A stretch of 64,000 nucleotides of DNA, from positions 46,827 through 110,826 of the forward strand of contig CAVPVX010000006.1 of the NCBI GenBank assembly GCA_963709345.1, in the 5' to 3' direction. Below the pieces are notes generated by a model. The model was not told the origin of the DNA. It saw nothing but the letters and a program-made list of their open reading frames with translations, and searched no databases. A program made the position numbers and the translations under genes. Shown here piece after piece: positions 9,186 through 21,994 of this stretch (its first letter is position 1; each line of letters begins with the position of its first letter). This DNA is from an uncultured Actinomycetes bacterium (GTDB lineage Bacteria; Actinomycetota; Thermoleophilia; UBA2241).

Positions 9186-10505
9186 TTACGTGAGGTCAAG
9201 GCTCGTGGGGAACAGTTCGATCTCGCCGGCCCGTGCCCTGACGGCGCGCTCGGCGATGTCGGGGCGCGTCTGCTGGCCCTCGAAACGGATCTTCGCAACG
9301 CCGTCGTAGGCGCGCTCTCGCGCGGCGGCAAAGCCGTCGCCGAGCGCGCTCACCGCGAGGACTCGCCCGCCGGCGGTCACGACGTCACCGTCCCGCAGCG
9401 CCGTGCCGGCGTGGTACACACTGACGTCATCGAGGGCTGCGGCGTCCGCAAGGCCGCTGATGACGTCGCCCCTGTGGCTGCTCGCCGGGTAGCCGGCCGA
9501 GGCCATGACGACGGTGACGCAGTCCTGGGGCTTCCAGATCGCCTTGGCGCCGGCGAGCTCTCCGTTCGCCGCCGCGGCGCACAGCTCGAGCAGGTCGGAG
9601 TCGAGGCGGGGGAGCACGGCCTGCGTCTCGGGGTCGCCGAAGCGGCAGTTGAACTCGAGCACTTTGACGCCGTCGTCGGTGACGATCAGACCGGCATAGA
9701 GCACGCCCCGGTAGGTGATGGCGCGCTTGCGGAGCGCGGCCACGACCGGCTCCACGACATGTTCCATCGCGGCGTCGATGGCCTTCTGCTCGAATCCGGG
9801 CACGGGACAGTAGCTGCCCATGCCGCCGGTGTTCGGGCCCTGGTCGCCGGCGTAGATACGCTTATAGTCCTGCGCGGGCGCCAGAGGCACGGCGTCCGTG
9901 CCGTCGCAGAGCACGAGCAGCGAGACCTCGGAGCCGGTCAGGTGCTCCTCGGTGATGAGCACGTCGCCGGCGGCGCCGAACTCGCGCGTGACGAAGCAGC
10001 TCTCGACCGCCGCCCGCGCCTCGTCCTTGTCTCGGCAGATGAGCACGCCCTTGCCGGCGGCAAGGCCGTCGGCCTTGATGACCAGCGGGTAGTCCTCGCG
10101 AGTCTCGATGTCGACGAGCGCCGACTCGAGGCGCTCGTGGCGGCGGTAGGCGCCGGTGGCGACGCCGCCGTCGAGCATGACCTCCTTGGCGAAGATCTTG
10201 CTGCCCTCGAGCTGCGCTGCGGCCCGGTTCGGGCCGAAGACGGCGAGGCCGTGCTCCTCGAAGAGGTCGGTGAGCCCGGCGACGAGAGGCGCCTCGGGGC
10301 CGATGACGGTGAGGTCGACCTGCTCCCGGCTGGCGAAGTCGAGCAGCGCGGGCAGGTCGTCGGCGGCGATCGGGATGTTGTCGGCTTCGGTGGCCGTGCC
10401 GGCGTTGCCGGGGGCGCAGAAGACCCGGTCGGCGAGCGGGGATCGGGCGAAGGAATGGACGAGGGCGTGCTCCCGGCCGCCGCCGCCTACCACGAGCACT
10501 CGCAT
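9186..10505 (-). CDS. purD: Phosphoribosylamine--glycine ligase
   Basis: MRVLVVGGGGREHAL, GPEAPL, KADGLAAGKGV, GPNTGGMG, EFNCRFGDPETQ. Confidence 0.97.
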   Translation of the reverse strand: MRVLVVGGGGREHALVHSFARSPLADRVFCAPGNAGTATEADNIPIAADDLPALLDFASREQVDLTVIGPEAPLVAGLTDLFEEHGLAVFGPNRAAAQLEGSKIFAKEVMLDGGVATGAYRRHERLESALVDIETREDYPLVIKADGLAAGKGVLICRDKDEARAAVESCFVTREFGAAGDVLITEEHLTGSEVSLLVLCDGTDAVPLAPAQDYKRIYAGDQGPNTGGMGSYCPVPGFEQKAIDAAMEHVVEPVVAALRKRAITYRGVLYAGLIVTDDGVKVLEFNCRFGDPETQAVLPRLDSDLLELCAAAANGELAGAKAIWKPQDCVTVVMASAGYPASSHRGDVISGLADAAALDDVSVYHAGTALRDGDVVTAGGRVLAVSALGDGFAAARERAYDGVAKIRFEGQQTRPDIAERAVRARAGEIELFPTSLDLT

Positions 10506-10726
10506 GTGACCTCCGATGGGTGATCCGCCGTGAAGCCGGGCGGCGCTGCCGCCGGCCCGCCCTGACGACCGCAAGTCTACCCGTGCGGCGGCGGGGGCGG
10601 AAGGGCGAGGGCGGCGGGCGGTGCGAGTGGTACCAGTGCTTGACCGCCCATCGCGACACGAGAGAAGGTGGCGGCAGCACACACCGCGCTCGCGCGGGTG
10701 GTAGCCGTCAGAGGAGGAGGGCGCGT

Positions 10727-12347
10727 ATGCGGTCACCGAGGACTGCGTCGAGTGCGGCGCCGCGGGCGCGCGGGGCGAGCGCGACCGCGCGGGCGCTCGC
10801 GGTGACCGTCGCCGCCGGTCTCGCCGTGGCGATCGCCGGTCTCGTCGCGCCCCCTGTGGCCGCGGCCGGCGACGCGTCGTTCTCGGCCCAGATCCGCGCG
10901 GCCGAGGCGCGCGCCCGTGGTCATCTCGCCGCAACCGAGCGCGGCACGAGGGCACGACGCTTCGCCTACTACACGGTCGGGAACGCGTGGAAGTATACGG
11001 GGCCGGCCGGCTGGGCCGCCGGCTACGTTCCCGGGGGGCTCTGGTCGTGCTACCAGGCGACCGGCAGGCCCTGGTGGCGCGACAAAGCCATCGCCCGTCA
11101 GGCGTCCATCGAAGCGACGGCGATCACTCCTGCCTCTCTGAATGTCGGGGCGCTCCACTTCCCCACCTGCGCACGTGCGTACAAGCTCACCGGCGACGAC
11201 CGTTTTCGCGCCAAGGGCGTACCGAGCGGCCAGGAGCGTGGCGCAGCGCTTCGACCCGGAGGTGGGGGCGATGCTCTCGCGGCCGAAGGGCGATTTCAAC
11301 GTGATCATCGACAGCCTGATGAAGCCGCAGCTGCTGTGGTGGGCCGCCGCGAACGGCGGGCCTCCCGCCCTCGCCGAGAAGGCGCGGCGACACGCCCTGA
11401 CCACAGCCCGCGACTTCGTGCGGCCGGACGGCAGCACCTATCACATCGTCTACTACGACGCTGAGACCGGCGCCGTGCTCCGGCGGGGTCAGGCATCCGG
11501 ATACGACGACGAGTCGACCTGGGCTCGTGGCCAGGCGTGGGCGATCCTCGGGTTCGCCGCGGCGTACCGGGAGACCGGGGATCCGGAGTTCCTCAGCGCG
11601 GCGCGCGCCGTGTCGGATTGGTACCTCGCTCATCTGCCGGCCGATCTGGTGCCCTACTGGGATTTCGGCGACCCCGCGATACCGGATGCGCCGCGCGATT
11701 CGTCGGCCGCGGCCATCGCCGCATCCGGGCTCGTCGACCTCGCGCTCGTCGATCCGGACTCCGAGCGCCGGAGTGGGTACGCGGCCGCGGCGAAGGCGAT
11801 CCTCGAATCACTGATGTCACCGGCTTACGTCTCTCGTCGCACCTCCCCCTCGGTGCTGCTCCACGGCACCTACCTCCGGAGCGCCGGGATCACCGATCGC
11901 GGTCTGGCGTTCGGCGACGCATTCTTTCTGGAGGCGCTCCTGCGCTTGCGGCGGCTGGCGCCCGATGCCGGGCCGCTGCCGCTCGTCAGAGCCCGCGCGA
12001 GCAGGGGGGATGCCGCAGCAGCCGTCGACGGCGATCTCTCGACGAGATGGGCCAGCCGCGGCCGTCAGGCGCTCGACCTTCGCCTGAGGGGAGCGCCGAA
12101 GGTCGGCGCTGTCCGCGTCGCGCTCTATCGCGGCTGCGACCGCGCCGCCGTCCTGCGCATCCTCGTCTCGCCGGACGGCCGGCACTGGCGTCTTGCCCGC
12201 CGGACGATGACGAGCGGGGAGGCCGCGGGCTACGAGACGCTGACCTTCGCTGCGCGGGCCGCTCGCTGGGTCCGGATCGAGTGCTCGGGCACGACGCGCG
12301 ACTCACTCAACCGCATCTGCGAGGTAGAGGTCTACCCGGCGCTCTGA
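10727..12347 (+). CDS. Secreted GH88 unsaturated glucuronyl hydrolase-like protein with C-terminal F5/8 type C (CBM32-like) domain; one-base frameshift at 11215-11217
   Basis: Signal peptide; WAAGYVPGGLW, VIIDSLM, RPDGSTYH, STWARGQAW, VPYWDF, DSSAAAIAASGL; AVDGDLSTRWAS...ICEVEVY; frames join by removing one G. Confidence 0.8.
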
Positions 12348-14149
12348 GGCTCATCCGGGACGAGCGGCAGCACGAGGTGGCTGGGCCGCTCGGCGTCGTG
12401 GTGGACGGTCTGGTGCGCGAGGGCGATCTCCGCGTCGCGGGCCTGCGGATGACCGGTGTTCAGGTTCCTGTCCCAGCGGTCGAAGGCGCTGCTCGAGATC
12501 TCGACGCCGACACGGTGGCCGGCGGCGAACTCGTAGCCCGTCGCCGCCATGCCGACGAGCACTTCGTACACGGCGCCGGGGGCCGCAGGCTTGCCGGCGT
12601 GCTCGCCGTCGCCCTCGCGGTACCGAAGCCGGCGGATGCCCTCCTGGACCAGCTGGGCGTAGCCGTCGGGCCAGATGTCGACGAGCGCCACCGTGAAGTC
12701 GGTGTCCGGCGCCGAGGTGGAGACGTACAGCGTCACTGCGAGTGGGCCGACGATCTCGAGCGGCTCGGCGAGAGGGGGCGTCACGTAGCCGAGCACGTCA
12801 GGCCGGGCGACGATCTGACGCCTGTCCTCGAGGTTCCCGGCGGCCGACCAGACGGGTCTGCCCACCCAGTGGTCGACGGGCCGCACAGGGTTGTAGGTGA
12901 ACTCGTCCGGAGACTCGGCGCCGGGCGCGACAGGCGAGAGCCGGCCCGGAGACGCCTCACCGCCCGCGTCACCGGCGCGGAGGTAGTACTTCGTGAACCG
13001 CGTGCCGGGCAGAGGCCACGCGTCCGCCTCGCGCCAGCGGCCGGCGCCCGTGACGTAGCAGCGCACCCGCGGAGTCGTCCCAAAGCCGTCGCTCTCGTGC
13101 CGGAGCCAGTGGTCGAAGAAGGCGACGATGCGATCGTTGGTGATGCCCTGGTCCACGAGCGCGTGTCGTCCCGCCGTCCCCGTCTTCTCGGTCGTGAGCT
13201 CATGATCGTTCGGGCCGACGCAGAGCCACTGGTTCTCGCGCACCGTGTCGTACATGTTGCGGCTCTGGACACCGTTCCACGTCTCGAGGGTAGCGGTGAG
13301 GAAGCAGTCGTACCAGCCGGTCCAGTGGTAGGCTGGGATGTCGAGCTTGTCCAGGACCTCGGAGAGGTCGTACGGCGCCCAGGTCTCGTCGCGGTCGGGG
13401 TGAGCGAGCGCCTGGTCGAACAGCGCGCTCGGATAGCCGGCGTGATCCGCGTACCGGCGGAGGGGGAGCGTCCAGGGGTCGAAGCGCAGGTAGTTGATGT
13501 AGCCGCGGTGGAGCTGGTCGCAGATCCAGGTCCCCGCGGTCGCCAGCGTGAGCGCGCCGCCCTCGTAGACGAGGCGGTACAGGTCGAGGCCCATGCAGCC
13601 CGGGGCGATGCAGCGAAGGGCGGGGTGGAAGCGGCCGGCCGCCGCCCACTGCGTGAGCGCGAAGTACGACTCGCCGACCATGCCGACCTGCCCGTCGCTC
13701 CACGCCTGGGTCGCCATCCAGTCGATGGTGTCGTAGCCGTCGTCCGCCTCGTTCAGTACGGGCTGCCACTCGCCCTCGCTGGCGAACTTGCCGCGGACGT
13801 CCTGCACGACGCAGACGTAGCCCTTGCGCGCCCAGTAGCGGCCGTGCGCCGGCATGTCCGCGTAGGGCTCGTCCTTGCCGTACGGAAGGCGGATGAGGAT
13901 GGCCGGGAGCGGGTCCTCGACCGCCCGGCCATCCTCGTCCGCCGGCCGGTACACGTTGGTGCTCAGGCGTATCCCGTCGCGCATCGCCACCATGAGGCCG
14001 CGAGTCTCGGCGCAGCGCGGAAGGCGGTCGGGAGTCGCCGTCGGTTGCCGGCGGCGCGGCAGGCGGAGGCGCTTGTCCACCTCGTTCAGCGCCATGATGC
14101 CGGCCCACGCGGCGCGGGCCTTGAGGTGCCGCGGCAGGATGCGCTTCAT
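12332..14149 (-). CDS. CocE/NonD family hydrolase (peptidase S15)
   Basis: MRDGIRLSTNVYRP, QDVRGKFASEG, DGYDTIDW, GESYFA nucleophile motif, DRNLNTG. Confidence 0.9.
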   Translation of the reverse strand: MKRILPRHLKARAAWAGIMALNEVDKRLRLPRRRQPTATPDRLPRCAETRGLMVAMRDGIRLSTNVYRPADEDGRAVEDPLPAILIRLPYGKDEPYADMPAHGRYWARKGYVCVVQDVRGKFASEGEWQPVLNEADDGYDTIDWMATQAWSDGQVGMVGESYFALTQWAAAGRFHPALRCIAPGCMGLDLYRLVYEGGALTLATAGTWICDQLHRGYINYLRFDPWTLPLRRYADHAGYPSALFDQALAHPDRDETWAPYDLSEVLDKLDIPAYHWTGWYDCFLTATLETWNGVQSRNMYDTVRENQWLCVGPNDHELTTEKTGTAGRHALVDQGITNDRIVAFFDHWLRHESDGFGTTPRVRCYVTGAGRWREADAWPLPGTRFTKYYLRAGDAGGEASPGRLSPVAPGAESPDEFTYNPVRPVDHWVGRPVWSAAGNLEDRRQIVARPDVLGYVTPPLAEPLEIVGPLAVTLYVSTSAPDTDFTVALVDIWPDGYAQLVQEGIRRLRYREGDGEHAGKPAAPGAVYEVLVGMAATGYEFAAGHRVGVEISSSAFDRWDRNLNTGHPQARDAEIALAHQTVHHDAERPSHLVLPLVPDEPQSAG

Positions 14150-14303
14150 GAAGCCCCCGGTCTCTGGACGACGGTCTCCGCCGCCAGTATCTCACCGGCG
14201 GCGACCGTCGTCGCCAAATCGGCGTCTCAGATCGACTTCTGGTGCACGCTGAAGGCGGCGGTAGCCAACCAGGTGGAGATCAGCGCTCCGTGGCGGCCGG
14301 CCC

Positions 14304-17061
<2,758 letters not shown>

Positions 17062-17218
17062 GTCAGAGGCGGGGGGAGGTCGGGCAAAGGGCAGAAGGTG
17101 GATCCCTTCACCGAATGATAGCCGGGTGGCGAACGCATGACAAACGCGGCGCGTCTCGAACGACAGGACAGAGGGAGGGCCGCGGCGCCCGCCTTCGCCG
17201 GAGGATGTGGAGGACGTC

Positions 17219-17662
17219 ATGTGGATCAAGGGATGGAAGAGGAATGCGGCAGGCGCGCTCGGCCTGGTGCTGACTGCGCTGGGCGCGACGCTCCTCGTCG
17301 CCTGCGGCGGCGAACCGGCGTCGCCGGAAACGCCCGCCGTCGTCATCACGCCGGCCGCGCAGAGCGGGACCACCGTGGACGCCAAGGTCGGCGATACGGT
17401 GGTCGTGAAGCTCGACGCCAACGTCACGACGGGTTACGAGTGGACGCTCACCGCCGGCGACACCTTCACCATCGCGAGCAGCGAGTACGTGCCACACCCG
17501 AATCCGTCTGGTCTCGCGGGGTCTGGCGGCACGCAGGTCGTGACGCTCAAGGTGACGGCGGCGGGATCATCCGAACTCACGGGCGTCTACGCTCGCGGCT
17601 GGGAGACGCCGTCCCCGGGTTCGGAGCCGGACTTCTCGATGACGCTGACCAGTACCGAGTAG
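17219..17662 (+). CDS. Chagasin-family (I42) cysteine protease inhibitor lipoprotein
   Basis: Lipobox LVAC; NVTTGYEW, GSGG, YARGWE loops. Confidence 0.85.
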   Translation: MWIKGWKRNAAGALGLVLTALGATLLVACGGEPASPETPAVVITPAAQSGTTVDAKVGDTVVVKLDANVTTGYEWTLTAGDTFTIASSEYVPHPNPSGLAGSGGTQVVTLKVTAAGSSELTGVYARGWETPSPGSEPDFSMTLTSTE

Positions 17663-17745
17663 CGCGGGCGGCGCATCGCGCTTGTCAGCCGGCCGGCCGG
17701 GCGCGTAGCCTTCTCAGCGCACGTTGTCTTCTTCGTGAGGTGACC

Positions 17746-18249
17746 ATGGACGACCCGGTGCTCAGCCGGCGCAGCATCCGCAGATACACGGACGAGCCGG
17801 TGACCGACGAAGAAGTGGAGCGCTTGCTGCGCGCTGCCTCCGCTGCGCCGTCGGCCGGCAATCAGCAGCCTTGGCGCTTCGTGGTGCTGAGCGAGCGCCG
17901 GACTTTGGAAGCGATCACCGGCGTGCACCCCTACGCGAAGATGCTGCCCTGCGCGCCGGTGGCCGTGCTCGTCTGCGGCGAGCCCGGGGCCGGCAGGTGG
18001 CCGCAGTACTGGGACCAGGACTGCGCCGCCGCGACGCAGAACCTGCTGATCGAGGCCGAGCTGCTCGGCCTCGGGTCCGTGTGGCTCGGCGTACACCCGC
18101 TTGAGGAGCGCGTCGAGGGCATCAGGGCTCTGCTCGGGATCCCCGACACCGTTGTGCCCTTCGCCCTCGTGCCGGTCGGCCGGCCGGCCGAGCGCAAGTC
18201 TCCCGCCGACCGCTTCGACGCGTCGCGCGTGCACCATGAACGCTGGTAG
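17746..18249 (+). CDS. Nitroreductase family protein
   Basis: RRSIRRY, APSAGNQQPWRFVV, DCAAATQNL, LGLGSVWLG. Confidence 0.92.
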   Translation: MDDPVLSRRSIRRYTDEPVTDEEVERLLRAASAAPSAGNQQPWRFVVLSERRTLEAITGVHPYAKMLPCAPVAVLVCGEPGAGRWPQYWDQDCAAATQNLLIEAELLGLGSVWLGVHPLEERVEGIRALLGIPDTVVPFALVPVGRPAERKSPADRFDASRVHHERW

Positions 18250-18325
18250 GGGCGGGCCGCGGGCGGGGCGCCCGGGCAAGCCGCGACGGACTCGCCGGCC
18301 CTGCCCGTCGCCGGCCCATCCGACA

Positions 18326-18351
18326 GTTTGCCGCGCTCGCAGCGCGGGTAT
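18326..18351 (+). promoter_or_regulatory. SigB/SigF-type stress promoter candidate
   Basis: GTTT-N16-GGGTAT upstream of the Rieske/Grx/FTR/SOD genes. Confidence 0.55.
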
Positions 18352-18466
18352 CTCCGCAACCGACCCGTGACGCGGCGGGCGCCGCCCTCCGGTCTGGCGC
18401 CGGCGAGACAGGCCCCGCCCCACGGGTCGCCAGTTCGAGCAGCAATCCACAAGGGAGGGGTGAGCA

Positions 18467-18787
18467 GTGAGCGGACCTTCCTGGGTCCCCACCATCGCCG
18501 ACGGCAAGGTCCGCGACGGGTCGTACGTGGCCGTCTACCCGAAGGGTCTCAGCATCCTTCTGGTGCGCGTCGAGGGCGAGCTCTTCGCCATCGCCAACAA
18601 GTGCGCCCACATGGCGTGCCCCCTGGAGGGGGGCAAGCTGGATGGCGCCGTGATCACGTGCCCGTGCCACGACTGGCGCTTCGACGTGCGCACCGGAGCC
18701 TTTCTCGACGCGTCCGAGCTCGCGCTGACGACCTATCCGGTCAAGGTCGAGGACGGCAAGATCCTCGTCGACGTGGCGGAGGTGTGA
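18467..18787 (+). CDS. Rieske-type [2Fe-2S] ferredoxin
   Basis: CAH...CPCH, FDVRTG. Confidence 0.9.
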   Translation: MSGPSWVPTIADGKVRDGSYVAVYPKGLSILLVRVEGELFAIANKCAHMACPLEGGKLDGAVITCPCHDWRFDVRTGAFLDASELALTTYPVKVEDGKILVDVAEV

Positions 18788-18789
18788 GC

Positions 18790-19050
18790 ATGGCCGACGA
18801 AGTGATCGTCTACGCCCTCAGCACCTGCCCGTGGTGCCGCAAGACCAAGCAGTGGTTCACCGACAGCCGGATCGCCTTCGACTCTGTCGACGTCGACGCG
18901 CTTCCCGACGCCGAGCAGGACGGCGTGGCGGACAAGGTGTTCGAGCTCAGCGGCGGCCGCCGTTTCCCGGTCACCGTCATCAACGGTGAGGTCATCGTGG
19001 GGTACAGCCCCGACAAGTTCCTCGAGCACCTCAAGGGCTGGGGAGGGTGA
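18790..19050 (+). CDS. Glutaredoxin/NrdH-like redoxin
   Basis: STCPWC active site, FPV cis-Pro, IVGY. Confidence 0.9.
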   Translation: MADEVIVYALSTCPWCRKTKQWFTDSRIAFDSVDVDALPDAEQDGVADKVFELSGGRRFPVTVINGEVIVGYSPDKFLEHLKGWGG

Positions 19051-19053
19051 GCC

Positions 19054-19380
19054 ATGGCGAATGAAGCTCGCAAAGAATCGCTCAGGTACCTCTTCGAGCG
19101 CGTCGTCGGTCCTTTGGGCTACAAGTTCACCCCCGACGAAGAGCTCGCCGACTTTCTGCTCGAGCAGGAGGTCAAGCTCGAGCAGGACCACGGCGCGCCG
19201 TTCTGCCCCTGCCAGGGGCGCACCGGCGTGCGCGCCGAGGACCTGCAGATCTGCTGTCCGTGCATCCCCTTCCACAGGGAGCACTTCAACAAGATGAAGC
19301 GCTGCTGGTGCGGGCTGTTCGTCCACCAGGACGTCGACGACCCGGACAGCCTGCCGCAAACCCCGCCGGACGAAGTCTGA
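19054..19380 (+). CDS. Ferredoxin:thioredoxin reductase catalytic subunit
   Basis: G-x-P-F-CPC, CCPC, CWCGLFV. Confidence 0.88.
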   Translation: MANEARKESLRYLFERVVGPLGYKFTPDEELADFLLEQEVKLEQDHGAPFCPCQGRTGVRAEDLQICCPCIPFHREHFNKMKRCWCGLFVHQDVDDPDSLPQTPPDEV

Positions 19381-19390
19381 GGAGTCGACC

Positions 19391-19780
19391 ATGTGGCATG
19401 AAGTAGCGAAGCTCGACGACGTCGCCCGTGGCGGAATGAAGTACGTGCGCGCGGAGGACCGCGAGATCTGCCTGTGCGAGTACGACGGCGGCATCTACGC
19501 GGTCAGTCGCCGCTGCGGCCACCAGAACGCGCCGCTCGACCAGGGGGCACTCGAAGGCTGGATCCTGACCTGCCCCCTGCACGACGCGCAGTTCGACATC
19601 CGCAGCGGCACGAACCTCAGCTGGCCGCTCGACCACGACATGGGCGACGAGGCCGCCGTTCCCGAGCCGGTGCAGCGCTTCTTCAAGCTCGAGAAGCGCC
19701 TGCAGTGGAAGACCCGCGTCCACGATCTGCACACGTACCCGGTGCGCATCACGGGCGACGCGGTGGAAGTCGACATCTGA
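19391..19780 (+). CDS. Rieske-type [2Fe-2S] ferredoxin with an insertion of about 25 aa
   Basis: CGH...CPLH, FDIRSG, extra segment before LHTYPV. Confidence 0.88.
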   Translation: MWHEVAKLDDVARGGMKYVRAEDREICLCEYDGGIYAVSRRCGHQNAPLDQGALEGWILTCPLHDAQFDIRSGTNLSWPLDHDMGDEAAVPEPVQRFFKLEKRLQWKTRVHDLHTYPVRITGDAVEVDI

Positions 19781-19823
19781 GCGGCGGACCCCGCCCGCCC
19801 ACCCAACGTCACAAGGAGGACCT

Positions 19824-20426
19824 ATGGCCTTTGAACTGCCGCCGCTTCCGTATGCGGAAGATGCGCTCGAGCCCGACTACTCGGCCCGCACCGTCAGCTT
19901 CCACTACGGCAAGCACCACAAGACCTACGTCGACACGCTCAACAAGCTCACCGCAGGCACGGACCTCGAGAGCAAGAGCCTCGAGGACGTGATCATGGCC
20001 GTTGCCGGCAAGCCCGACAAGCAGCCGGTCTTCAACAACGCGGCCCAGGTGTGGAACCACACCTTCTTCTGGAAGGGCATGAAGCCGGGAGGCGGCGGCG
20101 CGCCGTCGGGCGAGCTCGGCGACAGGATCGCCGCCGCGTTCGGTGGGTACGAGAAGTTCGTCGAGGACTTCAAGGCCGCGGCTGCCGGCCGTTTCGGCAG
20201 CGGCTGGGTGTGGCTCATCTCCGACGGCGGCGAGCTCAAGATCGTGAGCACGCCGAACGCCGAGATGCCGGCGGCCCAGGGCGTCACGCCCCTGCTCGTC
20301 GTGGACGTCTGGGAGCACGCCTACTATCTTGACTACCAGAACCTGCGTCCCGCGTACGTACAGGTGTTCTTCGACAAGCTCGTGGACTGGGAGTTCGCCG
20401 CCGCCAACCTGGCGAACGCGAAGTAG
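19824..20426 (+). CDS. sodB: Fe/Mn superoxide dismutase (Fe-type residues)
   Basis: LPPLPY, HYGKHH, FNNAAQVWNH, FGSGW, DVWEHAYY. Confidence 0.93.
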   Translation: MAFELPPLPYAEDALEPDYSARTVSFHYGKHHKTYVDTLNKLTAGTDLESKSLEDVIMAVAGKPDKQPVFNNAAQVWNHTFFWKGMKPGGGGAPSGELGDRIAAAFGGYEKFVEDFKAAAAGRFGSGWVWLISDGGELKIVSTPNAEMPAAQGVTPLLVVDVWEHAYYLDYQNLRPAYVQVFFDKLVDWEFAAANLANAK

Positions 20427-20648
20427 AGCCGGAGGCGGGGCGCCGCGTCGGGCTTGATGGCGGCGGGCCGACGTTGGGGGCCGGCGGGCACGGGAGTGCT
20501 CGCCGGCCCCAGTTGCGCACGGGCTGGGCCGGCTGTCCGCGCGTGCGGGCCGGGGAGGCTGCGCCGCCGGCCGAAGACGATGCCTCCGCCTCCGCTGCCG
20601 CTCTCTTCAGCCGGCCGACGACCGCCGCTCGCCGGAGTCCGCCTGCGG

Positions 20649-21794
20649 TCAGCCGCCGTCCGCTTGCGGGTCGGCCCACCGCGGGTCGTCGCCGTCGCCG
20701 CCGAGCAGCTTGCGATAGCTCGCGTAGCGGTCGCGTGAGATCGCGCCGCCGGCGACGGCGCGCAGCACCGCGCAGCCGGGCTCGTGCGTGTGTGTGCAGT
20801 CGCGGTAGCGACAGTCGTCGACGAACGGGGCGAACTCGGTGAAACCGGCGGCGAGCGCCGACGGCTCGGCGTCGTTCACGCTGAAGCGGCGGATGCCCGG
20901 CGTGTCGATCACGCGGATGCCGCCGGGCAGCTCGTACAGCGCCGACGAGGTCGTCGTGTGGCGGCCGCGGCCGTCGCCGGCGCGGACTTCGCCGGTCCGG
21001 GCCGCGGCTTCCGCGGACAGCGCGTTGAGCAGCGACGACTTGCCGACGCCGCTCTGGCCGACGAACACGCAGGTCTGCCCGGCCAGCACGGCACGGATCG
21101 CCTCCACACCTTCGCCGGCGGAGGCGCTGCAGGGCAGCACCGGCAGGCCCAGCGAGCGGTACGGCTGCAGGCCGGCCAGCATCTCGGTGCGCCGTTCCTC
21201 GCCGAGAAGATCGATCTTGTTCACGACCAGCACGGGCGCCGCGCCCGAATGCTCGACCGCCACCAGGTAGCGGTCGATCAGGCGGTGGTGCAGCGGCGGA
21301 GCCTCCGCGGCGACCATCACGACGACGAGGTCGACGTTGGCGGCGATCGCGCGGCGCTTCTGCGGCTGGTGCGGGTCGGCGCGCGAGAGCAGGCTGCGGC
21401 GAGGCAGCACCGCGCTCACGCGTTGGCCGTCGCCGAACCGCTCCACAAGCACATCGTCTCCTACCGCAAGGTCGCTCTGCTGGCGGCGGGCGAGATCGTC
21501 CGGCAGGTCGGCCTCGAAGGTCTCGCCGGCGATCTGCACGCTGCAGAAGCCGGCGCCCACGTTGACGACCATCCCGCGTCGGCCGGGAGCGGACGCGTGG
21601 GCACGCCCCTCCTCGTCGCCGGCGTCGAGGAGCTCGACCAGGAATTCGTCGATCTCGGGCCGCGCCGCACCCTGCTCTCGGGTGCGCATCGCGGCCTTCT
21701 GCATCCGGGTCGCGCGTTTGACCAGCCGGGCGCGCTCGCCGGCGTCGAGCTCGCCGAGCATCGTCTTGAGCTCTCTCCGTTGCTTCTTGTTCAT
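20649..21794 (-). CDS. rsgA: Ribosome small subunit-dependent GTPase A with N-terminal extension
   Basis: NKID, GQSGVGKSS, GRHTTT, DTPG, CRYRDCTHTHEPGC. Confidence 0.93.
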   Translation of the reverse strand: MNKKQRRELKTMLGELDAGERARLVKRATRMQKAAMRTREQGAARPEIDEFLVELLDAGDEEGRAHASAPGRRGMVVNVGAGFCSVQIAGETFEADLPDDLARRQQSDLAVGDDVLVERFGDGQRVSAVLPRRSLLSRADPHQPQKRRAIAANVDLVVVMVAAEAPPLHHRLIDRYLVAVEHSGAAPVLVVNKIDLLGEERRTEMLAGLQPYRSLGLPVLPCSASAGEGVEAIRAVLAGQTCVFVGQSGVGKSSLLNALSAEAAARTGEVRAGDGRGRHTTTSSALYELPGGIRVIDTPGIRRFSVNDAEPSALAAGFTEFAPFVDDCRYRDCTHTHEPGCAVLRAVAGGAISRDRYASYRKLLGGDGDDPRWADPQADGG

Positions 21795-21934
21795 CTCTGG
21801 GGTGTGCCCTTGGTCGCGGATTCCGTCACGGCCGGCCGGTCGGCGCCCGGGCGTCACCCGCAGGGAAGGAGAACGAATACGGTCGCCTCGCGGGCGGCCG
21901 AAAAAGCGTCGCTCGGCTCAGCTGGAGCGGGTGC

Positions 21935-21994
21935 TTACGCGAGGGCCCTCATGAGGGGTGACGCGGAGATGCCGTTGACGGACCTGGCAGTCAT
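21935..21994 (-). promoter_or_regulatory. Leader uORF (MTARSVNGISASPLMRALA) upstream of rsgA, possible attenuator
   Basis: TAGACT -10 at 22042-22037; GAGGAGG 7 nt before ATG; TAA followed by overlapping hairpins and a pyrimidine tract. Confidence 0.55.

Noticed and set aside
10520-10680. Possible ZMP/ZTP riboswitch before purD (gtcgcgatgggcg resembles its 5' end)
   Set aside because: The GGGAGC and GCCUGGG pseudoknot partners are missing, and a TAGACT -10 lies between this segment and purD
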